64,000 nucleotides of DNA from Bythopirellula sp. (GCA_965216565.1 OZ244170.1:3328001-3392000), one strand, 5' to 3'. Counted from the first letter of the stretch, positions 31,701 through 41,778 are shown. Notes: generated by a model not told the origin, from the sequence alone. Made by a program: numbers and translations.

Positions 31701-31993
31701 ACAACGCAATCTTATATCGAGGGAAAACGGAGCCAAAAATTCACATCGGGTGCCGCAAAGATGAGACCGACTGGTTGTTCTCATTTGAAGACAACGGCGT
31801 AGGAATCGAGGAGAGACACTACGAACGGATCTTCATCATATTCCAACGCTTAGGATTCAAACCCGAGGTGAGAGGAAACGGACTTGGCCTCGCACTCACA
31901 AAAAGGATTGTGGAACGTCATGGCGGACGCATCTGGGTAGAATCGGTACCCGAAGAGAAAACTACATTCTACTTCACAATTCCAGCAATTTAG
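28745..31993 (+). CDS. CheB methylesterase - CheR methyltransferase - coiled coil - PAS - histidine kinase fusion
   Basis: [19 protein letters not shown] (CheB); [21 protein letters not shown] (CheR); ELQSTNEEL heptads; [22 protein letters not shown]. Confidence 0.92.
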   Translation: MSDDTSSALSSEQNKILKSDNLYVVGVGASAGGLDAIERLFGNMPIDSNMAFVVVQHLSPDFESLMDELLARHTSMPIHRVKDGMQVEANGIYLIPPKKNMMLSQGKLLLTDQDSAGSLNLPIDIFFRSLAQDVGNRAIAIVLSGTGSDGSRGLRDVHDAGGLVLVQDLESASFDGMPRSAASTEVVDVVCPPELMPQRIQEYLRNPVEFDREQIHYPDDLTGTGDRYEIFRLFRHKFGIDFSLYKPATIDRRIERRVQLTRSNDLKSYVESLESNTEELDTLYRDLLVEVTQFFRDPESFDIVRTEVIPRMVADAEPDNELRAWVPGCATGEEAYSLAMLFQDEIARTDKDISFKVFATDVHQNSLEMASSGVYTRAALENVPEDFQSKYFTASGDLYHITRELRQRVIFAPNDITRDPPFTKIDFISCRNVLIYLEPKVQKKVLSLFHFGLETGGILFLGPSESLGDLANDFATIDRHWRIYRKERDARLPMSARLPMTSALSRVISQRPPFVAKSPLQGTDPILANAFHELLTKYVPPSLLVNEYFELVHSFGDATKLLIQPEGRSTLDVLKMVNGDLRMAMSAALHKASQQRSPVVYKGVRVNLDDEELQYKVVVEPFFKDNHRMYLISMERIEVPVAPKPSEEQFDVQEQSTERISVLEQELSYTRESLQSTVEELETSNEELQSTNEELIASNEELQSTNEELHSVNEELYTVNAEHKQKIEELTQLTNDMDNLLKSTHIGTVFLDRSLHIRMFTPAISAAFNMLDQDIGRPIDHIAFRLDHPNLMADVSDVMQHAKPIERECKGADQKTYLFRVMPYRTGANRMDGIAMTVTDITAVKEVEKAQQRNVDLARANKDLQDFAYAVSHDLQAPLRHLGDACQELKRTMSPVELESYEQMISQIGNSSASLSRMIQGLLTYSRVSTRGKTFGPVDCEEILVDAVEELSEQITDTRAKVTSDDLPTIRADDRQITRVFLELLDNAILYRGKTEPKIHIGCRKDETDWLFSFEDNGVGIEERHYERIFIIFQRLGFKPEVRGNGLGLALTKRIVERHGGRIWVESVPEEKTTFYFTIPAI

Positions 31994-32074
31994 TTTGACA
32001 CGTTCGTCTAATCACAATCATTGATAATATGAATCTACTCTTCTAAAGTTTGAAATGTTACGGAGCTCCTCGAT

Positions 32075-35000
32075 ATGGATTCGCTACAAGGAAGTCCAGA
32101 GAACCAAGATACTATTCCTTTTGTTGTCGGAATTGGTGCATCAGCAGGTGGGCTAGAAGCCTTAGAAGAGTTCTTCCGAAACGTGAAGGAAGATTCCGGA
32201 TTGTCATATGTTGTGGTCCAACATTTGTCACCCGATTTTGAAAGCTTAATGGACCAATTGCTTGCGCGGACGACTAACTTACCCATTAAGCTGATAGAAA
32301 ATGAACAGGAAATCTTAGAGAACACCATCTACCTGCTGCCTCCCAAAAAGGAGGTCATCCTTTCCGAGGGCAAGCTCCTACTGACCGATCGCCCTAAGGG
32401 ACGTGAACTGTCCTACCCCATCGACAACTTCTTTCGCTCCCTAGCCCAAGACATTGGACCGGCGGCAATCGCTGTTGTCCTTTCCGGCACAGGAAGTGAC
32501 GGTTCGCGGGGTATCGTCGATGTGCACGAATCTGGAGGGTTCGTCCTTGTTCAGAGCGAAGCCTCTGCCCGCTTCGATGGCATGCCCCGAAGTGCGTGCG
32601 ACACGGGAATTGTGGATGCCATACTATCTGCCTCAGAAATGGCGGAGGCAATTGAACGATACACGCAAAGCTCGATTGGACTGGGGCGCAGAGCCGATCT
32701 ACTCGACCCACAGAGAACCAAAGGCCCTACGTTTGCGATTCTCAATTTATTGAAGAAGAGCTATGAAATCGACTTCAGCCACTACAAAACCAATACGATT
32801 TCTCGGCGCATCGAGCGACGGGTTCTGCTCAGCGGTTCAGAGAATGTCAGCACGTATGCCAAACGCCTTCGGACCGATGACAAAGAACTTGATTCGCTCT
32901 ATAAGGACTTGCTGATCGGCGTAACGGGATTCTTCAGAGATAGCGAAGTCTTTCAGAGCCTGGAATCCGAGGTCATCCCGAAGCTGATTGAAAATATCGA
33001 TAGCGAGCAGGAAATCAGGGTTTGGGTTGTTGCCACGGCTACCGGGGAGGAGGCCTACTCGATTGCAATCTTGCTAAATGAAGCCTACGAAAAAAGTGGC
33101 AAGGTACCTCGAGTCAAAATCTTTGCCTCGGACGTTCACCATGAGTCGCTGGAACATGCCAGCCGAGGCATTTATCAGGAAGAGAGCTTAGGGGGCCTCA
33201 CTCCCGAAAGGAGAGAGAGGTATTTTGAAGAAAGGCTTGATGGCTTTCACGCTTCGCCTGAGCTACGCAAGATGGTGGTCTTCGTGCCCCATAATGTCAT
33301 CTTCAATGCACCATTTACCAATCTAGATCTGATTACATGTCGCAACTTGTTCATCTATCTAACTCCCTCGACACAAAAAAAGGTTCTATCGCTGTTCCAC
33401 TTCGGCTTGAAGACCGGAGGTTGCCTATGCTTGGGTTCTAGTGAAACGCCCGGGGAGCTCTCGCACGAATTTGAAGCTATTGACGAAAAGAGTCGCATCT
33501 ATCGCAAGCATCGCGATGTAAATTTGCCTGCCAGTATGCGGATGCCATTCTCTAGTTCACCACTTTCACTGCCTCCAATCAGCACGACTGCAACTGAGAC
33601 TCAGCCTGCCGGCATGCGGAAGCTGATGGGAACCTATGACGTATTGCTAGACAAGTACTTACCGCCCTCCCTGCTTCTTTCGCAGGAACACGAGCTCTTG
33701 CATACTTTTGGAGATGCTTCGAGCTACATGCGAGTGCCGAGAGGTCGGCCTCCCCGCAATGCACTCGACCTGTTGAACCCAGCACTTAAGTCAGCCGCAT
33801 CGGCAGCAGTTCGGCGATCGAAACAAGAGGGTTCCGCTGCTTGCTATGCCAAGCTACCAATGGCTAACAGTGATACCGAGCAGCATCTCCGTATCTCCGC
33901 CGAGGTATTCACAGAGCAAGACAACCAAATACTGGTCTGCTTTTCACTAGAAGACGAAGTCACTATCGCAAACAGGCCTGCGGTAGAGATTGGGCATGCT
34001 GATATCACCTCAGAAGAGTACGACGCACTAGAAAGAGAATTAGCACGCACCCAAGCAAACCTCCAATCCACTGTAGAGGAAGCTCAAACCACCAACGAAG
34101 AACTCCAGGCCGCCAACGAGCAGCTCACTGCATCGAACGAAGAATTGCAGAGCACAAACGAGGAGCTTCACAGCGTTAACGAAGAGCTCTACACAGTCAA
34201 CGCAGAGCACCAGAGAAAAATCGATGAGCTAATCGAACTCACCGACGACATGGACAATCTGCTTAACAGCACAAACATCCACACAATTTTCCTAGACCGC
34301 CAGCTACGGATTCGTCGATTCACTCCCGGAATCCGTGAAACGTTCAACTTATTGAGTCAAGACGTAGGTCGACCTTTCGGTTCGTTCACACATAACATCA
34401 ATCACGACAATCTAGCCAGGCTTGCTGAAAGCGTGATCGACTCCAAGTCGTCCGTCGAGCAGGAAGTCCAAGATAAGAACGACCATTGGTACCTACTTCG
34501 AATTCTGCCCTATCAAACGAGAGGCCAGGTTGACGGGGCAGTCCTAACCCTCATCGATATCACTTCGTTGAAACAAGCAGAGTCGAAGCTGGCCGAATTG
34601 TCGGAAATCGTAGAGCATTCGGACGATGCGATTTTCCGACAGGACATTGACGGTACAATTCGCACTTGGAACCGTGGAGCAGAGCGGCTCTTTGCTATCA
34701 AAGCCCCTAAGGTTCTGGGAGGACACGTCGAAATGCTCGGCCTCGATTGCCGAGATATTGCATTCAATAAGATTCTAAAACTCACCGCCAGCGGCGAATC
34801 GCTCGACCACATCGAAGCCCGACACAAACGCCAAGATGGCGATTTCGTCGATATCGCGATCTCGGTTTCTCCAATTCGAGATGTCAACGGCAATGTCATC
34901 GGAGCGTCTACCATTGCCCGGGATGTCACTCGACAGAAGCAAGCAGAGGCAGAAGTCCGCGAAGCGGTTAAACGACGCGATGATTTCCTTGCGATGCTTT

Positions 35001-36070
35001 CGCACGAATTGCGTAATCCATTAGCTGCCGTTCTCAATGCTACCAATCTAATGACAGAAATCGGCCTTCAAGAAAAACCAATCGAAGAAGCCAAAGACGT
35101 GATCGAACACAATGTTCGGCACGTCGCTCGTATCCTTGATGATCTACTCGACGTGTCGCGAATAGCAAACGACAAGATCAACTTGCACAAAGAAGTCGTT
35201 GACCTGTGCTCCCTAACGATTGATGTTGTCGAATGCGTCCAGCACCGCATTGATGACAAAGGGCAGGAACTACACGTCCATCAGCCGCCCGAACCGTTGT
35301 ACGTGGAGGGAGATGTTGGTCGTTTGCAGCAGATGCAAGTCAATTTGTTGGTAAACGCATCGAAGTATACGGCTGAGGGAGGACGCATCGAATATGAAGT
35401 CTATCAAGACGGCGATGAAGCTATCATATCGGTCACGGACAATGGCGTTGGGATCCCAGAGAGCTTATTGAATACGATTTTTGAGCCGTTCGTACAGGCA
35501 GAACAAACAATCGACCGAGCACAAGGAGGCATGGGCCTGGGGCTTACCTTAGTTAGCAAAGTAGCCGAGGCACATGGTGGCAGTGTCTCTGCAAATAGTG
35601 ATGGAAATGGCATGGGAAGTTGTTTCTCCATCATTTTGCCTATCACCAGGAAGCGTCCAAAGTCTCAGGTGCAAACAGAGCTTACCGAGATCGATGGCTT
35701 GAAGCTGGTCATTGTCGAAGACAATGACGGCGTGCGAAACATGCTTGCGCGGACCCTCGAACTGAAAGGCTTTGTCGTTGCCACAGCAGCAACAGGCCGC
35801 GAAGGAATTGAGTTGATTCAGCAGATGCATCCCACCGTTGCGGTGATTGATATCGGTCTCCCCGACCTCAATGGCTATGAGGTAGCTAATGAGATTCGTG
35901 ATGATCCCGAACTTCAAAACGTGCTAAAGGTGGCTCTTACGGGCTACGGGCGGGATCGAGATCAACAGAAAGCAATGCAAGCTGGGTTTGACATTCACCT
36001 TGTAAAGCCGCTCGACCCCGACGAATTGCTTCGCGCCGTCGCCGAAAAGTATGTCGCCATTACAAGCTAG
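32075..36070 (+). CDS. CheB-CheR-coiled coil-PAS-PAS hybrid histidine kinase with C-terminal receiver
   Basis: Same CheB/CheR motifs; FLAMLSHELRNPL; NASKYT, DNGVGI, GGMGLGL; receiver VIVEDN..IDIGLPDLNG..ALTGYG..HLVKP. Confidence 0.93.
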   Translation: MDSLQGSPENQDTIPFVVGIGASAGGLEALEEFFRNVKEDSGLSYVVVQHLSPDFESLMDQLLARTTNLPIKLIENEQEILENTIYLLPPKKEVILSEGKLLLTDRPKGRELSYPIDNFFRSLAQDIGPAAIAVVLSGTGSDGSRGIVDVHESGGFVLVQSEASARFDGMPRSACDTGIVDAILSASEMAEAIERYTQSSIGLGRRADLLDPQRTKGPTFAILNLLKKSYEIDFSHYKTNTISRRIERRVLLSGSENVSTYAKRLRTDDKELDSLYKDLLIGVTGFFRDSEVFQSLESEVIPKLIENIDSEQEIRVWVVATATGEEAYSIAILLNEAYEKSGKVPRVKIFASDVHHESLEHASRGIYQEESLGGLTPERRERYFEERLDGFHASPELRKMVVFVPHNVIFNAPFTNLDLITCRNLFIYLTPSTQKKVLSLFHFGLKTGGCLCLGSSETPGELSHEFEAIDEKSRIYRKHRDVNLPASMRMPFSSSPLSLPPISTTATETQPAGMRKLMGTYDVLLDKYLPPSLLLSQEHELLHTFGDASSYMRVPRGRPPRNALDLLNPALKSAASAAVRRSKQEGSAACYAKLPMANSDTEQHLRISAEVFTEQDNQILVCFSLEDEVTIANRPAVEIGHADITSEEYDALERELARTQANLQSTVEEAQTTNEELQAANEQLTASNEELQSTNEELHSVNEELYTVNAEHQRKIDELIELTDDMDNLLNSTNIHTIFLDRQLRIRRFTPGIRETFNLLSQDVGRPFGSFTHNINHDNLARLAESVIDSKSSVEQEVQDKNDHWYLLRILPYQTRGQVDGAVLTLIDITSLKQAESKLAELSEIVEHSDDAIFRQDIDGTIRTWNRGAERLFAIKAPKVLGGHVEMLGLDCRDIAFNKILKLTASGESLDHIEARHKRQDGDFVDIAISVSPIRDVNGNVIGASTIARDVTRQKQAEAEVREAVKRRDDFLAMLSHELRNPLAAVLNATNLMTEIGLQEKPIEEAKDVIEHNVRHVARILDDLLDVSRIANDKINLHKEVVDLCSLTIDVVECVQHRIDDKGQELHVHQPPEPLYVEGDVGRLQQMQVNLLVNASKYTAEGGRIEYEVYQDGDEAIISVTDNGVGIPESLLNTIFEPFVQAEQTIDRAQGGMGLGLTLVSKVAEAHGGSVSANSDGNGMGSCFSIILPITRKRPKSQVQTELTEIDGLKLVIVEDNDGVRNMLARTLELKGFVVATAATGREGIELIQQMHPTVAVIDIGLPDLNGYEVANEIRDDPELQNVLKVALTGYGRDRDQQKAMQAGFDIHLVKPLDPDELLRAVAEKYVAITS

Positions 36071-36122
36071 CTTTCCGAATTCTATTTGACAGGCTATTCT
36101 TCAGACGTCTTACCGGCTCAAG

Positions 36123-37427
36123 TTGCGTTGCCAACATCCTACACTCACAACATCCAACTGGTGCACACCTTTGAACACGACTCGTAGAACTGCGTTGAAA
36201 GGAATCATCGGTTCTGGTGTGACATTCGGAACCGCTCCCTATGCCTTCGCTAAACGAAAACACACGCTTCGAGTGTTGGGGACGCATGTCACACTGCAGG
36301 AGGCACTCCGCAAGCAGGCTGAAAAAGACTTAGGTATTTCTATCGAGTTTCAGCCCGGTGGTAGCGCCAGAGTCTTGCACCAGGCATCCACACAACCCGA
36401 ATCGTTCGACCTTTACGAACAATGGTCGAACAGCATCAAAGTGCTTTGGCAAGCGGGGGCCATTCAATCCATCGACGTAGAGCGTTTGACGTATTGGAAA
36501 GAGATAAACAATCTCACCAAAACAGGACAACTAACTCCTGCTGCAAACACTGGTGCCGGCGATGCTCCTAATAAACTACTATTCGTTCAAGAAAACAATG
36601 CGCTCGGCGATAACACAACCGGCAACATCAGCTTCCTGCCCTACGTTCACAATGTCGACTCGTTTGGTTACGATGCGGGCATTGTAGATCGTGGGGTCCC
36701 ATATGAAACCGAAAGTTGGGGCTGGCTCTTTGATGACCAGTGGCAAGGTCGTGTAGCACTGGTGAATGCTCCAACTATTGGACTCTTCGACGCAGCCCTC
36801 GGTGCGCAATCGAGGGGACTGGCTGAATTTGCAGACATCGGCAATATGACTAAGCCGGAAATTGATTCCCTGTTCCGGTTACTCGTCGACTTGCGGCGGC
36901 AAGGACACTTCCGTGGCATCTGGAGCAGCGTGCCACGCTCGGTAGAGCTTATGAAGCGAGGCGAAGTCGTCATCGAAAGCATGTTCTCGCCCGGCGTATT
37001 TGCCCTCAAAGGCGAAGGAATCGATTGCGTCTATGCATCGCCTAAAGAAGGCTATCGTGCCTGGCACGGCGTGATGTGCCTTTCCTCGCAGACCGAAGGC
37101 AGCGCCAAAGACATGGCCTACGAGTACATGAATTGGTGGCTTTCCGGCTGGCCTGGGGCGTTTATCGCTCGGCAAGGTTATTACATTTCCAATCCCGAAC
37201 GAGCCCGTACTCATTTAAGCAACGACGAATGGGATTATTGGTACGAAGGCAAACCTGCCCGCTCCGATCTTTTGGGCACCGATGGGAAGGTGGTCGTCAA
37301 ACAAAACGAAGTGCGCGATGGTGGGTCCTACACACGTCGGTTCAGTAATATCGCAGTGTGGAATACGGTGATGGACAACTACGAATACACGTTACAGGCG
37401 TGGAACGAATTTCTTTCCGCAGTATAA
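36123..37427 (+). CDS. Periplasmic solute-binding protein, PotD/polyamine-like class, Tat-type signal
   Basis: TRRTALKG twin-arginine signal; SWGWLFD..W.GRVAL; PKEGYRAW; AYEYMNWWL. True start may be TTG at 36171. Confidence 0.75.
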   Translation: MRCQHPTLTTSNWCTPLNTTRRTALKGIIGSGVTFGTAPYAFAKRKHTLRVLGTHVTLQEALRKQAEKDLGISIEFQPGGSARVLHQASTQPESFDLYEQWSNSIKVLWQAGAIQSIDVERLTYWKEINNLTKTGQLTPAANTGAGDAPNKLLFVQENNALGDNTTGNISFLPYVHNVDSFGYDAGIVDRGVPYETESWGWLFDDQWQGRVALVNAPTIGLFDAALGAQSRGLAEFADIGNMTKPEIDSLFRLLVDLRRQGHFRGIWSSVPRSVELMKRGEVVIESMFSPGVFALKGEGIDCVYASPKEGYRAWHGVMCLSSQTEGSAKDMAYEYMNWWLSGWPGAFIARQGYYISNPERARTHLSNDEWDYWYEGKPARSDLLGTDGKVVVKQNEVRDGGSYTRRFSNIAVWNTVMDNYEYTLQAWNEFLSAV

Positions 37428-37445
37428 TCTCTGCAATCTCAAGCT

Positions 37446-39290
37446 ATGCCAACTCAGTCTCTCAAATCGAAAATATTTGCTGGATTTGCAATCATTGTAC
37501 TATTGCTGATCGCTAATGGGATTGTTTCCTATTTGGGCCTTGAGCATGTTCGCTCTGACAACTCCCGTCTAAGTCAGGTCGAGGCAACCCGCAACACGAT
37601 CCAACGCATCGACCGAGACGTGCAGGAACTGAAACTACGCGTCGCGCGTTATGTTTCGACTGGATACGATTCCCAACGAGAGGAAGCGCACCTCCTCTAT
37701 CAGCGCTTGATCGATAACCTGGACGCTGCTAAGGAGAGGGAACTGGAACCTACGACGTTGCAATTACTCGATCAAATTGGCGGCCATTTGCAGGAATACT
37801 CGAAACAATTCGAATTGGTCACCCAGGAACGAAGCCTTCGCGAAAAACTCGTCAATGTAGAACTTTCCTCCCAAGCAGAAGATGTCGCTAAAGGATTCTC
37901 TCAATTAGCTTCCTTCTCGGATTTAAACGAATTGTCAGACTCTGCACTGCTGGAAATGCTGCAAGTCCAGGCCTTGTTTACAGAAGCTGAGCAATCTCTG
38001 CTGCGGTACTTTGAAACTCCCGATTCCCTGCATGCTAGTTCTTTCGTTCGCTCAATCAACGCCACCATCTCTGGAGTAGAGTCAACAGAAGGGCCCAAAG
38101 AGGCTCTGAACTCCCTAGTCGAGTCGGTTCAACAGTTTGAACGTCTCGGCATCCGTGCCATTCAGGCTACAAGAAGCTATATGTTTCTCTTAAATGTTGT
38201 GATGTCAGGAGAGGCCTCGGAGATTTCCTATTACTCCCGTGTGCTGAGTGATCGTGCTGAGCAAAGCCGCGACGAAATTTCTGCCCGCGTGGCTGCCACG
38301 AGTAGTCGCGTGAAAAGGACGACGGGCTTCACCGTTCTAGCCGCCATTATTCTTTCCAGCTTGATCGCAGGTCGACTGGGAATGCTTATCGTCCCCCCCA
38401 TTACCGCACTCACAAAGGCATTTGGCCAACTTTCCTCTGGCGAAACGCTACACGAAATTCCTGGCACCGAAAGACACGACGAAATTGGCCAAATGGCGCA
38501 GGCCGCGAAAGTCTTCAATAGCCAAAACCTAAAAACTCGCGAACTCCTGGCCGAATCCGAGCAGCTTAGTAACGAATTACAGGAACAAGCGTTGGAACTA
38601 GAGTTGATGAACCAAGACTTAGACAGTTTTGCGTACGTCGCATCGCACGATCTCAAATCTCCTTTACGAGGAATCCGACAGTTAGCCACCTGGATAGAGG
38701 AAGACGCCGGGCAACACCTGCCGGCAGAATCTGCCAAACACCTAGAGCTATTGAAGTCCCGCATCACAAAAATGGAAACACTCTTAGAAGACCTACTCGA
38801 GTTTTCGAGAGTGGGCCGTATTGAGCCAACCGCCGAGGAAGTCGATCTCTCTGAAATGATGCAGTCCCTGGTTGATTTGACCGACAACCCAAATCGCGTT
38901 GAAGTGCAGTGGGCCAATGATATGCCCACCTTCAACACATTGCGAGCACCTCTGGAACAAGTTCTATTAAACCTCATTGGCAATGCTATAAAACACAATC
39001 ACCGGGACTCACACGGACGCGTCGACATCGAGTGCCACGAAATTGGCGACCGGTACAGGTTTATGGTAAAAGACAATGGTCCAGGAATTCACAAGAATGA
39101 CCATGAACGCGTGTTCCAAATGTATCAGAGAGTCGGGGACACAAGTATCGAAGGCAGTGGTATGGGGCTGGCGATAGTGAAAAAACAGATTGAACATCTT
39201 GGCGGGGAAGTCACGCTCGACTCTCAGCTGGGAGAGGGAACAACTTTTGAATTCACCTGGCCTGCAACAATAGAAAACACTCAGGCGTAA
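37446..39290 (+). CDS. Membrane sensor histidine kinase (TM - helical periplasmic domain - TM - HAMP - HisKA - HATPase)
   Basis: Two TM helices; HAMP PITAL...ERHDEIGQMAQA; FAYVASHDLKSPL; NAIKH, DNGPGI, GSGMGL. Confidence 0.92.
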   Translation: MPTQSLKSKIFAGFAIIVLLLIANGIVSYLGLEHVRSDNSRLSQVEATRNTIQRIDRDVQELKLRVARYVSTGYDSQREEAHLLYQRLIDNLDAAKERELEPTTLQLLDQIGGHLQEYSKQFELVTQERSLREKLVNVELSSQAEDVAKGFSQLASFSDLNELSDSALLEMLQVQALFTEAEQSLLRYFETPDSLHASSFVRSINATISGVESTEGPKEALNSLVESVQQFERLGIRAIQATRSYMFLLNVVMSGEASEISYYSRVLSDRAEQSRDEISARVAATSSRVKRTTGFTVLAAIILSSLIAGRLGMLIVPPITALTKAFGQLSSGETLHEIPGTERHDEIGQMAQAAKVFNSQNLKTRELLAESEQLSNELQEQALELELMNQDLDSFAYVASHDLKSPLRGIRQLATWIEEDAGQHLPAESAKHLELLKSRITKMETLLEDLLEFSRVGRIEPTAEEVDLSEMMQSLVDLTDNPNRVEVQWANDMPTFNTLRAPLEQVLLNLIGNAIKHNHRDSHGRVDIECHEIGDRYRFMVKDNGPGIHKNDHERVFQMYQRVGDTSIEGSGMGLAIVKKQIEHLGGEVTLDSQLGEGTTFEFTWPATIENTQA

Positions 39291-39296
39291 CGATTT

Positions 39297-39731
39297 ATGA
39301 ACCCTGGTACTCTCACAGTCTTAGTCGTGGACGATGACGTTGTTGACGTAGAAATCGTTGAGCGTGGGACAAGACAACGCAATTTGCCCTGCGAAATGAG
39401 GTCTATGCCAGATGGCCGGCATGCGCTGGAATTCTTGCGAAGTGACTCGTTGACGGAGGATCAGCGAGAACGATTAGCGATTGTTCTCGACATAAATATG
39501 CCAGGCATGAATGGCCATCAATTTCTAGAAGAGTTACGCAAAGACCCTCAGCTGCGTCGTACTCTCGTGTTTGTCCTATCCACATCAGACCACGTACGCG
39601 ACAAATCAAAGGCCTACGACATGAACGTTGCGGGTTACTTTACCAAGCCAAACATTGACTCGCTAATCGATACATTGGAACTCTATGCTCAGCACGCTGA
39701 GTTCCCTCCTTGGCCAGGCGGACTAAACTAG
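39297..39731 (+). CDS. Single-domain response regulator, Rcp1-like
   Basis: VLVVDDD, VLDINMPGMNG, VFVLSTSD..RD..KAY..NVAGYFTKP. Confidence 0.9.
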   Translation: MNPGTLTVLVVDDDVVDVEIVERGTRQRNLPCEMRSMPDGRHALEFLRSDSLTEDQRERLAIVLDINMPGMNGHQFLEELRKDPQLRRTLVFVLSTSDHVRDKSKAYDMNVAGYFTKPNIDSLIDTLELYAQHAEFPPWPGGLN

Positions 39732-39732
39732 C

Positions 39733-39783
39733 AAAAAAACGAGGCGGCAGCAGGAGAACCAATGGCTCCCCCACTACCGCCTC
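39733..39783 (-). terminator. Rho-independent terminator downstream of the second CsrA-receiver gene
   Basis: On the minus strand, a long hairpin GAGGCGGTAG...CTGCCGCCTC followed by GTTTTTTT. Confidence 0.7.
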
Positions 39784-39866
39784 TTAGACCGAGTTGCTTC
39801 CATGCGGTACGCGGCTTCCGTGCCTTCCAGCGATTTACGAATAAATCCTGGCCCACCTGAACCCAG

Positions 39867-40667
39867 TCAAGCTCCGATCATCTCTCCCCTGCAACGCGCA
39901 CTGTCTCCAGGCACGTTAGCGTCGAAGGCAAGACGAAATACCAAGGCCTCGGGGTCGAGCGGTTTTGGAAACCAGCCATCGACACCTTCCGGCCCTACTT
40001 CCACGCCGTAGTCGGTGGGATCACCACCACTAACGGCAAATACTTTTAACGTTCGCAAACGGTTGTTCGCTCTCATCCGACGGATGGCTGTTGCACCATC
40101 CATCTTGGGCATTTGCATATCGAGCAGCACAATATCGGGCGTGCGATTGACGTCCAAGTAATCGAGCGCTTCCTGGCCGTTGCTGGCGAGATCGACGTCA
40201 TAACGCTTCGTTCTCAAATAACTGGCCAACAGTCGCGATTCGTTGGCGTTATCATCGACCAGAAGTGCGCGGGGCGATTTGCAATCTTCCCTCGGGGCTG
40301 AGGGGTTTTGCGACTTGCCAGAGGGACCGGCAGCAATTTGATTGTCAATTCCTTTCAGGTGATGGAATATCTCTAGCATCAAATGCTCTGTCTTGGCATC
40401 CTGCGTAGCATTAGATAATTCTTGCAGCTCTTGAAGTGCTTGCGTAGCGTTCTTCAAATGTAGATTCCGCTGGGCGTCTGAACTCGGATGCGAGATAGAG
40501 AAAGGCTCATTCTCTTCTCCTGCCAGTTCGTGACGTAGTACGCGAACATCACGAGGAGCATCTATGCCGACGCGTACCTTGTTGCCGTCAACACGCAAGA
40601 TCTGCACACTGATTCCTAAGCTCGGGAAGAGAATTTTATCGTCTTCCCGACGAGACAAGACCAACAT
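39867..40667 (-). CDS. CsrA-domain / receiver fusion protein
   Basis: MLVLSRREDDKILFPSLGISVQILRVDGNKVRVGIDAPRDVRVLRHE aligns with CsrA; receiver ALLVDDN..VLLDMQMP..FPKP. Confidence 0.87.
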   Translation of the reverse strand: MLVLSRREDDKILFPSLGISVQILRVDGNKVRVGIDAPRDVRVLRHELAGEENEPFSISHPSSDAQRNLHLKNATQALQELQELSNATQDAKTEHLMLEIFHHLKGIDNQIAAGPSGKSQNPSAPREDCKSPRALLVDDNANESRLLASYLRTKRYDVDLASNGQEALDYLDVNRTPDIVLLDMQMPKMDGATAIRRMRANNRLRTLKVFAVSGGDPTDYGVEVGPEGVDGWFPKPLDPEALVFRLAFDANVPGDSARCRGEMIGA

Positions 40668-41196
40668 CGGCGGTTTCCTTTCCTAGAGAGCAGCGTCCCT
40701 TAGTGTCAAATGTTTCTGCTACTCTCGATTCCATATTGGGGACGAGCCCGCGTTAGGTGGGAGAACTGGTTTCGCGGGTGCTTTGCAGGACAAAGCGTGT
40801 CTGGTTCGATGTGCCCAATCTTAGGAACGGATAACCGTCGAAAATCATATTCGTACATCGTGTCCGATCGAACGTGCGTAGATTCTGCACAGAACCACCC
40901 ATTCGTTCAACACCATTTTCGATTTAGTTTCGAAAAAAAATTTGCAGTATTGCTAGCGTATGGCAATGCAGTTTTGGGGTTGATTCGACGGTGCCCTTGC
41001 GCAGGAAAACAGAGGCATCTAACCGTTCATGCGGCGCGACCAATCGAGAGATAGCTTCCATAGCTTGGGCCCGCTTCAATCTCATGAACATGAAATCGAG
41101 AACATTGCTTTTGCGATCCATGATCGTGAAGATACAATTCGGCAAGCTGGGTCCACATTGCTTCGAATCACCATTAACGCCTCCAGGAGGACTGTG

Positions 41197-41778
41197 ATGA
41201 AAACCTCGGTAGCCCTCACGCTGCTCTTAGCTTGTTCCGCAAGCGCTGCACCACCTGCACAGGTTTCAGTCCCTATTGAACTTGGTCCGAAAGCATACCG
41301 TAATGGAGATGCCATTGAGATCACTGAGGTGACGGCAACTTCCCCACTCCTCGAGCAAGGCGACTCGGTCACCGTTACTGGCAGATTCTATTTGAAGAGC
41401 CAAGAAACAGCGAATCTCAGCCTCAATCTGACAGCAACTGTTGGCGACGGTAGATCATTGGCCATTCCAGAGGCGTCGATGACTGTTAGCAAAGGACATG
41501 GCGAGTTTACCCTTTCAACGCTTATCCGTAGCACGGGGTATCTGCATCTCACGTTCTACGACCCAACCACGGGCAAACCTTTTGGCGGAACGTATTTTGG
41601 TACTCCACAACAAGTGAAATCTATTTCCAATTGGGATGTGAGCTATTACTTAGACTCGGAAAAGCCCTCGAAACGATTATCTCGAAGGCGAGATGAACTT
41701 GCAAAGCTGCAACAAAAGGTGCAAACGTTGGAGAAGCGATTTGAGGAGCTGAATCGCAAATTCAACGCCATCAAGTAG
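41197..41778 (+). CDS. Secreted hypothetical protein, beta-sandwich-like domain with C-terminal coiled coil
   Basis: AGGAGG SD before GTG-ATG; signal peptide MKTSVALTLLLACSASA; heptad-rich tail. Confidence 0.72.
   Translation: MKTSVALTLLLACSASAAPPAQVSVPIELGPKAYRNGDAIEITEVTATSPLLEQGDSVTVTGRFYLKSQETANLSLNLTATVGDGRSLAIPEASMTVSKGHGEFTLSTLIRSTGYLHLTFYDPTTGKPFGGTYFGTPQQVKSISNWDVSYYLDSEKPSKRLSRRRDELAKLQQKVQTLEKRFEELNRKFNAIK

Noticed and set aside
28745..36070. Chemotaxis operon
   Set aside because: CheB/CheR occur only as kinase fusions; no MCP, CheA or CheW in the window.
38231..38998. Long antisense ORFs (also 34513-35046, 57922-58587, 42651-43220)
   Set aside because: They are shadows of well-supported genes on the opposite strand and have no motifs of their own.
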